A DNA stretch of 48,111 nucleotides from Eubacteriales bacterium. GTDB lineage: Bacteria; Bacillota; Clostridia; Oscillospirales; CAG-272. The DNA is taken from the NCBI GenBank assembly GCA_045533915.1, contig JAZSIP010000096.1:1-48111 (forward strand), read 5' to 3'. The notes beneath the pieces were generated by a model. The model was given only the letters and a program-made list of their open reading frames with translations, was not told where the DNA came from and ran no database searches. Below, piece after piece: positions 26,595 through 35,494 of the stretch (the first letter of the stretch is position 1; the number at the start of each line of letters is the position of its first letter). A program made the position numbers and the translations under genes.

Positions 26595-27632
26595 TTATTT
26601 TTCAGAGCCGTATTTTTTATCGAACTCCTCAAAGCTTCTCTTGAGTGACGCTTCAAAGAACTCGTCTGTATCATAGCTCTTTTCGTGTCCGTTTGACGCT
26701 GTCTGCTTCTGCGACTTAATATATTCTTCAATATCCGCCGCCGTGTGAAGTCCCTCGGCATACCAGCGCTCAAGTATACTGTTCGTATACTTTGGCGCGG
26801 GCTCGTGAATATTGTCGATAGTTATATCATAAGCCAAGCGTATAACGTCTATACCGTATCCGAGCTTTTCGCTCCATGAGTTGAAAAGCTTTTTCTCGGC
26901 GGTCGAAAGACCTCTGCTTCCCATTCCGAAGAGCGCGCGTATCTGCGTAAGAGTTTCCGCAGCCGCTTCGATGCTGTTTATCCTTTGAACTATCGCCTCT
27001 GTATCGATTATCCCCTCGTCATAAAAATTAATGGCTATCTTCTCCGCATATCTCACCTGCGGGTGCTTAAGTCTTACCGCGTAAGCAAGTATATTCAGCA
27101 CCGCTTCCTCGTCAAAGCCAAGCTGCTCTATGATCCCCACAAGAATACCTATATCGTGATTGTTCAAGGTCTTTCCGAGAACTCTCTGAGCTTCGTTTAC
27201 GAAGAGCGCAAGGGATTTTCTTGTCTCAAGCAGATCTGCAAGCTCCGAGCTTTCATACGCTCCAATCGATGTATGCGCTACCGCGCCGTCCCGATGCGCG
27301 CTGGTGAGACTCGCTTCTTCGCTTTTTTTAGGATCTTCCTTTGGCTTTTTATCCGAGGATCTCGGCTCAACGCTCTTTTGATCGACTCGTTTAGAGGATA
27401 TAAGCCCCGCGCCTCTCCAGAACTTGAGAGAAGCGTTGACCTCGGTCTTCTCCAATCCCAAGATCTCACCAAGATCGTTCTCCGAGCAAGTAAAGCCCTC
27501 CCCGTCCGCAGACATCATAAGTGTCACGAGTATCCGCAGATCGTTCTCATCCGCGTTCGAAAGAATGTCAGACAGACGTTCGGGAAGTTTGCCATTTCGA
27601 TAAAGGATAACGTTTTTAGCCGTCTTTCCCAT
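26595..27632 (-). CDS. DnaD-domain replication initiation protein (Firmicute DnaB/DnaD type)
   Basis: Two DnaD/DnaB_2-like repeats, including PKYTNSILERWYAEGLHTAADIEEY. It lies directly upstream of the dnaI-like gene. Confidence 0.7.
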   Translation of the reverse strand: MGKTAKNVILYRNGKLPERLSDILSNADENDLRILVTLMMSADGEGFTCSENDLGEILGLEKTEVNASLKFWRGAGLISSKRVDQKSVEPRSSDKKPKEDPKKSEEASLTSAHRDGAVAHTSIGAYESSELADLLETRKSLALFVNEAQRVLGKTLNNHDIGILVGIIEQLGFDEEAVLNILAYAVRLKHPQVRYAEKIAINFYDEGIIDTEAIVQRINSIEAAAETLTQIRALFGMGSRGLSTAEKKLFNSWSEKLGYGIDVIRLAYDITIDNIHEPAPKYTNSILERWYAEGLHTAADIEEYIKSQKQTASNGHEKSYDTDEFFEASLKRSFEEFDKKYGSEK

Positions 27633-27639
27633 CTATATA

Positions 27640-28362
27640 TTACTTCCAATCCTTATCATTTTTTAAATTGTGTTCATTTTTCGCAAGCTCATAGCAAAGA
27701 GTCATAAGCGAGTCTCCGATATGTACGTTTTCCGCTACTATTCCGCTATCGAGAAGATCAAGCTCTTTACCCGTGAAATTCCATACACCCTTTATTTTGG
27801 TGTTTTTCAAGCGCTGCGAGATATCAACGGCGAACTCCTTCGGAAGTGTAAGGATCGCTATATTTACGTTGAGCCCATCAAGTACACTTTCCATTTCTTC
27901 CATAGAGTAAACGTGGACGTTTCCGATATCAGTTCCGATAATATCGTTATTAACGTCAAACATCGCCACGACCTCTACTCCGCGTTTTTCAAACATAGGA
28001 CTGCGCACAAGCGCGCTTCCGAGATTTCCCGCTCCGATAACAGCCGCGGAAAATTTGCTCTCAACGCCGAGTATCTCGCATATCTTTCCGTAAAGATAAT
28101 TCACGTTGTAGCCATACCCCTGCTGACCGAATCCGCCAAAACAGTTAAGGTCCTGTCTTATCTGCGAAGCCGTTACGTTCATCATACGCGAAAGTTCGCC
28201 CGAGCTTATCCTCGTCTTTCCCATTCTTATAAGCTCGCGCAGATATCTGAAATATCTCGGCAAACGTCTTATAACTGCGGGAGATACGTTAGAGTATCTT
28301 TCCTGAAGTTCTTCTCTTGAGTCCGAAAACTCTTCTGAATTTTTATCATTGTTACGGTTCAT
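27640..28362 (-). CDS. rex: Redox-sensing transcriptional repressor Rex
   Basis: The RRLPRYFRYLREL winged-helix signature and the Rossmann motif AVIGAGNLGSAL. Confidence 0.9.
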   Translation of the reverse strand: MNRNNDKNSEEFSDSREELQERYSNVSPAVIRRLPRYFRYLRELIRMGKTRISSGELSRMMNVTASQIRQDLNCFGGFGQQGYGYNVNYLYGKICEILGVESKFSAAVIGAGNLGSALVRSPMFEKRGVEVVAMFDVNNDIIGTDIGNVHVYSMEEMESVLDGLNVNIAILTLPKEFAVDISQRLKNTKIKGVWNFTGKELDLLDSGIVAENVHIGDSLMTLCYELAKNEHNLKNDKDWK

Positions 28363-28398
28363 AGATTATGACACCGCCTTTCTAAATATTTTTCAAGC

Positions 28399-29421
28399 TT
28401 AATTTCCGTCGTCTGATGCTGAAGCATTCAGAGAGGTATCGGCAAAATTCCCATTGAGATATTCAAAATATCCCGCCGCCGCCACCATAGCGGCATTATC
28501 CGAGCAAAGTGAAAGGCTCGGCTTACAGAATTTTACTCCTCTTTTTTCGCAAAGCGTGTCAAGAGCCTTACGAATATGCGAGTTTGCCGCAACTCCGCCC
28601 GCAAGGACGAGAGTTTTTGCGCCCGTTTTCAAAAGCGCCATATCTATCTTTTTCACTATCGCATCTACGATCTTTGCAGTATAAGATGCCGTAAGGTCAG
28701 CGTGATGAGGCTCATTTCCCTTTTGGCGTTCGGAATTGATATAATTAAGCGCCGCCGTTTTAAGTCCGCTGAACGAAAAGTCGAGCGTGTCTCCCACAAG
28801 CGCGGGAGAGGGCAGCTTTATAGCCTTTGCGTCTCCCTCGTAAGCAAGCTTATCCATAGCCGCTCCCGCGGGATACGGCATACCTATAACTCGTCCGATC
28901 TTATCGAAAGCCTCGCCCGCCGCGTCGTCGCGCGTAGCGCCTATCTCGCGAAAATCGGTATAATTTTCCACACTGTATATCGACGTATGTCCGCCCGAAA
29001 CAACGAGAGCCAAAAAGGGCGGCTCAAGTGTCGGCTCTTCAAGATACGCCGCCGCGACGTGCGCCTTTACATGATTTACGGGCACGAGCGGTATATTATT
29101 CGCAAAAGCAAGTGATTTGGCAAAATTCACGCCCACAAGAAGCGCTCCGATAAGTCCAGGGTGTGAGGTGACCGCCACACAGCCGATATCGGAAAGGCTG
29201 ATCCCTGCCTCGCAAAGAGCCTCGTTCGTCACGTTGCTGATAGCCTCTATATGAGCTCGGCTCGCTATTTCGGGAACTACCCCGCCGTAAAGACGGTGTA
29301 TCTCTATCTGCGAAGCCACGATATTCGAAAGTATCCTGCGCTCACCTTTCTCGTTCATACTGACGACCGCGGCAGACGTTTCGTCGCAGGAGCTTTCTAT
29401 TCCGAGTATATACATTTTCAA
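28399..29421 (-). CDS. tsaD: tRNA N6-adenosine threonylcarbamoyltransferase TsaD
   Basis: ILGIESSCDETSAAVV, GHTSIY and GGVAANS. Confidence 0.9.
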   Translation of the reverse strand: MKMYILGIESSCDETSAAVVSMNEKGERRILSNIVASQIEIHRLYGGVVPEIASRAHIEAISNVTNEALCEAGISLSDIGCVAVTSHPGLIGALLVGVNFAKSLAFANNIPLVPVNHVKAHVAAAYLEEPTLEPPFLALVVSGGHTSIYSVENYTDFREIGATRDDAAGEAFDKIGRVIGMPYPAGAAMDKLAYEGDAKAIKLPSPALVGDTLDFSFSGLKTAALNYINSERQKGNEPHHADLTASYTAKIVDAIVKKIDMALLKTGAKTLVLAGGVAANSHIRKALDTLCEKRGVKFCKPSLSLCSDNAAMVAAAGYFEYLNGNFADTSLNASASDDGN

Positions 29422-29861
29422 GTCCTTTCATTTTCCCACACCATTATGATCGCCGATTCGGTGGGAGCGCGGTAAAAATTCTTACGCAGACCGCATCTTT
29501 TAAAGCCCAATGCGTCGTAAAGCGCTATCGCCGCCACGTTCGACTCGCGGACCTCAAGAGAGATACTGACGATACCGTTTTTTTGCGCGTATCCGATAAG
29601 AGCTCTCACGATCTCCCTGCCAAGTCCCTTTCGTCTGTGGCAAGGATCGACGGCAATGTTCGTTATCTGCCCCTCGTCAAGAACGGTCATCATTCCGCCG
29701 TAGGCAATAACCGTGTCATTCTCGGTCACAACGAATCCGACCGCATTCGATGAAGCAAGCAACAGAAGACTGTTTTCCGACCACGGCTCTGAAAAGCAAA
29801 GCTTTTCAAGACGTGCCGCCCCCTCTGCGTGTTTTCTTTCAAAGCGTACAGCCTTATCCAT
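29418..29861 (-). CDS. rimI: GNAT acetyltransferase, ribosomal-protein-alanine N-acetyltransferase type
   Basis: Acetyl-CoA motif HRRKGLGREIVRAL. A 4-nt overlap with tsaD gives the classic rimI-tsaD pair. Confidence 0.8.
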   Translation of the reverse strand: MDKAVRFERKHAEGAARLEKLCFSEPWSENSLLLLASSNAVGFVVTENDTVIAYGGMMTVLDEGQITNIAVDPCHRRKGLGREIVRALIGYAQKNGIVSISLEVRESNVAAIALYDALGFKRCGLRKNFYRAPTESAIIMVWENERT

Positions 29862-30513
29862 TAGAGCCGAATACGCCCGCGGGAAGTCCGTCTACAGCAA
29901 GGCATAAGCCCTCTGCGCGATTGTATAAAAACTTCTTTCCGAAGTTGGTGGTCTTTCCGTTGGCGTCCTTATAGACGTAATCCTGCGCGTACTCAAAATA
30001 CGCGAGAACGTAATAGATACCGTTCTCTGTATCGGCAAACTTCAATCTTATATTCACCTCGGGCACAAGTCCCGCGTTACCGGGATAATACGACTTCGTT
30101 CCGTTCTCGTAAAGCTCCTTGAGAGCATTTATCTTTTCCGCGTCCTTGACCTGCTCGACGATAACATCGTCATTGGTGATATCAACGTAAGAAACGTTCA
30201 TTTCCTTGAGTGTCGGAAGCTTACTTCCCTTTGCGTAATAAACTATACCAAAGGTGTCGCAAAGCCACTTGGATGTGTCCGTGCCCGTGATAGCGAAGAA
30301 TTCTCTCTCGCTCTGCTTTGCAAAAACTTCTTTGCCGATAGAGATCGCCTCATAGCAAAACGGTGCTATATCATAGGTGATACCGCTCTTATCGTGAACA
30401 AAATTTCCCTCCTCGTCGACAGAAAACTCGTTTTTCTTACCGCACGAGCAAAGCAAGAGCGAACAAACGCAAAGAAGCGCCGCAATTATCCTTATCATAT
30501 TTTTTCTTTTCAT
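29854..30513 (-). CDS. Hypothetical lipoprotein
   Basis: Signal peptide with the lipobox LLLCSCG. It overlaps the rimI start by 8 nt, which suggests co-transcription. Confidence 0.55.
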   Translation of the reverse strand: MKRKNMIRIIAALLCVCSLLLCSCGKKNEFSVDEEGNFVHDKSGITYDIAPFCYEAISIGKEVFAKQSEREFFAITGTDTSKWLCDTFGIVYYAKGSKLPTLKEMNVSYVDITNDDVIVEQVKDAEKINALKELYENGTKSYYPGNAGLVPEVNIRLKFADTENGIYYVLAYFEYAQDYVYKDANGKTTNFGKKFLYNRAEGLCLAVDGLPAGVFGSNG

Positions 30514-30529
30514 ATGTAAAAATTACCTC

Positions 30530-31018
30530 TTAATATCCGAAAGTTCCGCTTAAAGAGTCGTCGTTCTCTATCCAGTCGTTTACATCGATAACCCTGTACT
30601 CGTCCTTTGTATCACGGACGATGACCTTCGAGATACCCGCATTGATTATCTGACGCTTGCACATCATACAGCTTGTCGTACCCGCAACGAGCGAATTATC
30701 CGCAGGATCTACGCACACCATATACAAGGTCGCGCCGAGCATTCTCTCTCTTGCCGCCGCGATGATAGCGTTCGCCTCGGCGTGTACCGAACGGCAAAGC
30801 TCGTATCTCTCTCCGCGAGGGATATTAAGCTTGTCTCTCATACAAAAGTTAAGATCATTACAGTTCTTTCTTCCTCTGGGCGCACCGTTATAGCCTGTTG
30901 AAACGATAACGTCGTCCTTTACTATTATCGCGCCGTACATCTTGCGAAGACAGGTACTGCGCTCCGCTACCGTTTGAGCTATATCAAGGTAATAATTGTG
31001 CTTTGAAACTCTGCTCAT
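30530..31018 (-). CDS. dCMP deaminase (cytidine/deoxycytidylate deaminase zinc-binding family)
   Basis: SVHAEANAI (the HAE zinc ligand) and the CMMC (CxxC) motif. Confidence 0.85.
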   Translation of the reverse strand: MSRVSKHNYYLDIAQTVAERSTCLRKMYGAIIVKDDVIVSTGYNGAPRGRKNCNDLNFCMRDKLNIPRGERYELCRSVHAEANAIIAAARERMLGATLYMVCVDPADNSLVAGTTSCMMCKRQIINAGISKVIVRDTKDEYRVIDVNDWIENDDSLSGTFGY

Positions 31019-31336
31019 TGTTTTTTCCGCCTTTCATTTCTTATAAACCGCATTCAAAGTTATTATACTACAAAACTCACAATAAATCAAGAGGTTTTTG
31101 TGTGAAAGTATATTTTTTATCCAAAAATTCATCAAAATGCATATAAATAGCAAATTTCATTCTATTTAAGGAAATTTTAGTATTTCGAAAGTGTTGTTTT
31201 ACTTCTGGTTCTACAAATCTTGAGATTTATAGTATAATCAATTGATAATTTCAAAGCTTAAAATATAAAAAAAGTAAAGATAAATTTTATAGGAGTTTAC
31301 CTCTTATCATTAATATCTTTTTTCTATAATATTGAC

Positions 31337-31365
31337 TTGATTTTTGTCGAAATATATGGTAAAAT
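31337..31365 (+). promoter_or_regulatory. Promoter of the AT-rich orphan gene at 31392
   Basis: TTGATT (31337-31342), a 17-bp spacer ending in TGG, and TAAAAT (31360-31365). Confidence 0.4.
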
Positions 31366-31391
31366 GTAGAAAAAGAAGTCAGGTGATAAAT

Positions 31392-32411
31392 ATGAAAAAG
31401 AAAAAAGAAAAGTATTTTTTAAACAAAAAATTATGGTGGGCGATGATCTTTATTTTTATCGCTTTGATTGTTATTTTAGCATTATTGTTTTTGTTAAGGG
31501 ATGAAAAACCCGAATATAAAATTTACTTTGAAATATTTATCAATATAGCAGTCGTAATAATCTCCATTGTCGGTACTTCTATTATATCAACGCCTTTGAT
31601 AGAAAAGAAAAACGACAACAATATTTATGTTGACACTATAATAAACGATGTGCTTTCAGATGAAAAAGCCATTGATCTTATGTCAGCCGAAAACAAAGAA
31701 AAAATGAAACGTAAATTAATGAACATAAAATCCAAAGCACAGCAGGATATGACAGACTATATTCACAATGCGTTACTAAAATCACCCTCTGATTATTATT
31801 TTGAAGAATGCAGTTATATAATCGAATGTTCCGTATGCGATAAATATATCGAGAAAAAGATCGTAAAAAAGCTTAACATATGTTCTTATGAGAAAAATAA
31901 AAAAATAAAAAATTTTTCTTTTATTCGTATGTATGCAGGAGAGGACGTTTTAGATAATATTTTAAAGGTTGAAGATATATCTGTTAATAAAAAATCTTTG
32001 ACCGCATCTCAATATGAATTAATAGTCGAAGATGTAACTGACGATGAAGTAACAATGAAAAAAAGCAATTACAATAAAAAATATACTTACAGATACAAAA
32101 AAGCTCTTCAGCTCTCCGACACAACTCCTACGGAAGTGATCATAAATTATACTACAAGAGTATCTTTACATGATAAAAATATGTGTTGCAGAGTATCGGA
32201 ACCGTGTAAAAAATTTTCTGTTGATTTTTCGGTTTTGGGTTCTTCTACCTACGATATTTGCATTAGCGGATTCGGTTTTATGAATGACGCAATCGGTACA
32301 ATGAACAGCATGAGCAACCCAAATAATGTAAAAATGCTATTTGATAAGTGGATATTCAAAAAAGACGGCGTATCAATAAGTTTTTCACCTAAAGTATGCG
32401 AAAACAAATAA
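31392..32411 (+). CDS. Orphan membrane protein (339 aa from the MKKKKEKYF start), encoded by a very AT-rich gene
   Basis: RBS aggtga followed by an ATG at 31392. Two N-terminal TM segments precede a Lys/Asn-rich soluble domain. I recognise no motif. Confidence 0.5.
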   Translation: MKKKKEKYFLNKKLWWAMIFIFIALIVILALLFLLRDEKPEYKIYFEIFINIAVVIISIVGTSIISTPLIEKKNDNNIYVDTIINDVLSDEKAIDLMSAENKEKMKRKLMNIKSKAQQDMTDYIHNALLKSPSDYYFEECSYIIECSVCDKYIEKKIVKKLNICSYEKNKKIKNFSFIRMYAGEDVLDNILKVEDISVNKKSLTASQYELIVEDVTDDEVTMKKSNYNKKYTYRYKKALQLSDTTPTEVIINYTTRVSLHDKNMCCRVSEPCKKFSVDFSVLGSSTYDICISGFGFMNDAIGTMNSMSNPNNVKMLFDKWIFKKDGVSISFSPKVCENK

Positions 32412-32652
32412 TTTTAAAAAATTTTGAAAAATATATTGATTTTTGAAAAAATATATAGTATAATAATAGTGCGGAAGGTTTATCCGCATAAGGAGGAAAA
32501 TGCAATGAGAAGAATGGAAGAAGACGAAGCTTAATTGCATCAATTTTAGGAATTATAAAAACTTAATAAAAAAGGCAAGGTCTCCCCAATTTTTGAGGAG
32601 GTCTTGCTTTTTTGATTTTATAAGGTGCAGAGCTTTTAGTTGTTTCGTTTGT

Positions 32653-33045
32653 TCAACGCTCCACTTCAGCCTCTGAGCCATCAATGGAGCGTATCGTCGT
32701 GTGATAGTATTTTTCCTGAAAGCGAACCGTTTGCGCTATCTCCGCCGCGCTAAAGATCATTCCCTCGGGCGACATAACGAGCTTATCCTCTACGTCGTCC
32801 GCGCGGTAGACTATCCCGATTATCCTGCCCATAAAGCTCTCAACAGGCTCGTTCACTCCGAGTAAAAATACGTCAAGCTCCTCGCCGTCGCCTCCCAATA
32901 CGTTCGGGATATAGCCGTAATTTATCGGATACACCAAGGTCTTTTCACCCTTGTGATGCACGTAGCCTATAGGACGGTCTATCTCGATATTCACCGTTTT
33001 ACCCAAATATGATTCTACCTGTGCGTGACGTTCGGACAGTGTCAT
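32653..33045 (-). CDS. Short inorganic pyrophosphatase-like protein (family I PPase fold)
   Basis: YPINYGYIPNVLGGDGEELDVFLLG matches the PPase signature YP.NYG.IP.T...DGDP.DV.V. The start is at the ATG at 33045, preceded by GGAG. Confidence 0.6.
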   Translation of the reverse strand: MTLSERHAQVESYLGKTVNIEIDRPIGYVHHKGEKTLVYPINYGYIPNVLGGDGEELDVFLLGVNEPVESFMGRIIGIVYRADDVEDKLVMSPEGMIFSAAEIAQTVRFQEKYYHTTIRSIDGSEAEVER

Positions 33046-33256
33046 AATAGTTCTCCTTTTTTTAGACCGAAATTCGTTCTGTAAAACAATGACATTATAA
33101 CTCCGAAACGTCTGTTTGTCAAGAACAAGCAACAGTTTTTAAACAAATATAAAAAAGTTTATTAATGAAACCGCAGGTTAACACTTTGTAAACCTGCGGT
33201 TGTTGACTTTCTTATCACGCGTATGCTATAATATTAAAAAATAAAGGAGATTCTTT

Positions 33257-34360
33257 ATGATATTTTCAGAAAAATTAGTTGTTTTACGAAAGAGGGCGGG
33301 ATTATCGCAAGAAGACCTTTCGGAAAAATTAGGAGTTACGCGGCAAGCTGTTCATAAATGGGAAACAGAGAAATCAATGCCAAATATTGAAATACTTAAA
33401 ATATTATCAAAACTGTTTGATGTATCGCTTGATAACTTACTGAATGATAAGGAGGATATATCATTCAAATCGGAAGAAGCCGCAAAAAGCAAAAAGCACG
33501 AACTTGGAAAGGTATACGTTTCCGAAAAAAAAATTGAAAATATTGACGTTGAGAAGGATAATATCCAAAAAACCGAGTTGGAAAAAGAGCAACAAAACAA
33601 AAAAGACAAGCGAGTACGTTTTACCTTTAGGTCCGGAATCTTTCTTTTTATCGCCAGCTTGGTCTTTTGCGCTGTTTTTATGTATAATGGCTCAATTCCC
33701 GCTTCCACACAGAGCTTTGATTTTGATGCCGATCCCACCCCGCCAATGTATTTGGTTTCTATTTTGTTGCTTGCAGGCATTGTGTTTTTGGGCATTTGCC
33801 TTTGGACAAAGCTCTTTATGTATAAACATTTAAAAACGAGCAACGAGTTTTTTAATCAAAAGGTTACGGCAACGGAGCAAAAGCTTGACGAGGCAGGCTA
33901 TACTTATGTAAGACTTCAACACGATCTTGCCGCGTGGTTCTTTTATTCTCCCGCGAAAAATTGCTTTGGCTTGTATTTTAACGAAAAGGAACAGTTTATC
34001 TGTCCCATTCAGAATTACATAAATTTCAATCATATGGTATACGGCGACGGTATAGTGAAAAAAAACAAATTGGGAGCATCGTTTATGTTCGGCACTATAA
34101 ACGCGATAGGCATTCATTCAAGTCCCACGTATTCAAGCAGCGCGGGAAGTATGATCTCCTTTACCATAACGTATTTTGACGAAAACGGCTGCGATAAGGA
34201 ATATTCTTATTCATTATCTTGTTTTCGTAATTACTTATTTGAAAAATACGGTAAAGACCTTGCGGAAATAATGATCTTGGAAAGCATACCGAAAGCAAGT
34301 ATTGAAAATTATGAAAAAATAAAGGCAAAGCTTGACCTTGAAAAAAACAAACTTTCATAA
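33257..34360 (+). CDS. Membrane-anchored Xre-family HTH protein: N-terminal HTH, two TM segments and an unknown C-terminal domain
   Basis: HTH region LVVLRKRAGLSQEDLSEKLGVTRQAVHKWETEKS. The TM segments are GIFLFIASLVFCAVFMY and YLVSILLLAGIVFLGICLW. Confidence 0.7.
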   Translation: MIFSEKLVVLRKRAGLSQEDLSEKLGVTRQAVHKWETEKSMPNIEILKILSKLFDVSLDNLLNDKEDISFKSEEAAKSKKHELGKVYVSEKKIENIDVEKDNIQKTELEKEQQNKKDKRVRFTFRSGIFLFIASLVFCAVFMYNGSIPASTQSFDFDADPTPPMYLVSILLLAGIVFLGICLWTKLFMYKHLKTSNEFFNQKVTATEQKLDEAGYTYVRLQHDLAAWFFYSPAKNCFGLYFNEKEQFICPIQNYINFNHMVYGDGIVKKNKLGASFMFGTINAIGIHSSPTYSSSAGSMISFTITYFDENGCDKEYSYSLSCFRNYLFEKYGKDLAEIMILESIPKASIENYEKIKAKLDLEKNKLS

Positions 34361-34429
34361 GTCTTATACGGTATTGTCACCGTTTTTAATAATTTTAATA
34401 AATAAAGAAAAAAAAGCGAGGAAAAGAAA

Positions 34430-35110
34430 ATGAAAAAAATTATATGTCTGTTTTTTTGCGTTTTAATGTTGCTGCCAACCATAATATCCTGCAGCAAGAC
34501 TTGCTCTCACAAGTTTTCTCAAGGTGTATGCGAACGTTGCGATGAAAAATGCACACATACCTTTGATAACGGAATTTGTACAATATGCGAGCAGAAATGC
34601 GAGCATACATTTAACAATGATGGCATATGCTCGATGTGCGAATATAAATGCTCTCATTCCTACGACAAAGGCGTATGTGTTACCTGCAACGCAGTAAATC
34701 TTACTTACGATGATCTAAAAGGAAGAATTTTCGATTACGAATACTTTGAATTACAGTGGTCGGAAGACGCGACCGAAACGCAAAAAGAAAATCTCAGAAA
34801 AAAACATAACAAGGACACCGACGAAGAGCTTTTTGACAAGCTTCACAATGAATATATCAGCGCGGAGACGTATATTGCTTCGAGTTGGAGTTCAATTGAT
34901 AAATACAAATTCAACGCTGTCAACGGAAATGAGGTAGCGATAACTGCCAACGGAAAATATTTGACAGGAAATGCGAAATGCACCATTAACGACGACTACT
35001 TAAAGATCGGAAACAACAAGTTGTACTACGAGAAAGACCGCATATATTTGGTGGCAAAATCCAAGGTAAACAGCGAAATAAGCTTAAAGGTATTTTTTGT
35101 TGAAAAGTGA
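34430..35110 (+). CDS. Lipoprotein with four tandem Cys/His-rich mini-repeats
   Basis: Lipobox TIISC, followed by CSHKFSQGVCERCDEK, CTHTFDNGICTICEQK, CEHTFNNDGICSMCEYK and CSHSYDKGVCVTCNA. Confidence 0.6.
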   Translation: MKKIICLFFCVLMLLPTIISCSKTCSHKFSQGVCERCDEKCTHTFDNGICTICEQKCEHTFNNDGICSMCEYKCSHSYDKGVCVTCNAVNLTYDDLKGRIFDYEYFELQWSEDATETQKENLRKKHNKDTDEELFDKLHNEYISAETYIASSWSSIDKYKFNAVNGNEVAITANGKYLTGNAKCTINDDYLKIGNNKLYYEKDRIYLVAKSKVNSEISLKVFFVEK

Positions 35111-35136
35111 GACCTTACCACCGACGAAATAAAAAA

Positions 35137-35494
35137 TCGGACACATCACATGAGGCTTAAGCCTAAAATGATGTGTCCAAATTTTATTTATGATTTGCAA
35201 TCTATAATTGCATGAATTGACGCTTTCGCGTCATAATTTCTCGCGGAATTGCTTGGCAATTCGACGCTCCATGATTTGAATTGCCCTTTCAATGCGCCAT
35301 AGGTGCAATTCATGAGTTTCGCTTTGCGAAACATCAATTCATGACAACGAAGTTGTCAAATCATGCCCGCAAGGGCAATTCATTGCAATTGAGAAGCTTC
35401 GAATTATTTCGAAGCTTCTCAATTGCAACCGCAACGGAGGCTGTCATACTTAGCCTGTGGGTTGTTGCCCGCACCGATAAGTCCCCTCATCTCT
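35137..35494. repeat. Left copy (C1) of the ~350-bp direct repeat. It contains a terminator hairpin, a hairpin-dense spacer and a decayed duplicate of the GGGtGRT gene 3' end.
   Basis: Aligns colinearly by eye with 44481-44826. The reverse strand of 35405-35494 reads EMRGLIGAGNNPQAKYDSLRCGCN*, compared with ELMGLIGAGNNPMVGMTVAVAVAIEEASK* in the real gene. Confidence 0.8.
35140..35179. terminator. Bidirectional terminator hairpin inside repeat C1
   Basis: A 10-bp stem ggacacatca/tgatgtgtcc, flanked by an A-run and a T-rich tract. It follows the gene that ends at 35110. Confidence 0.55.
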
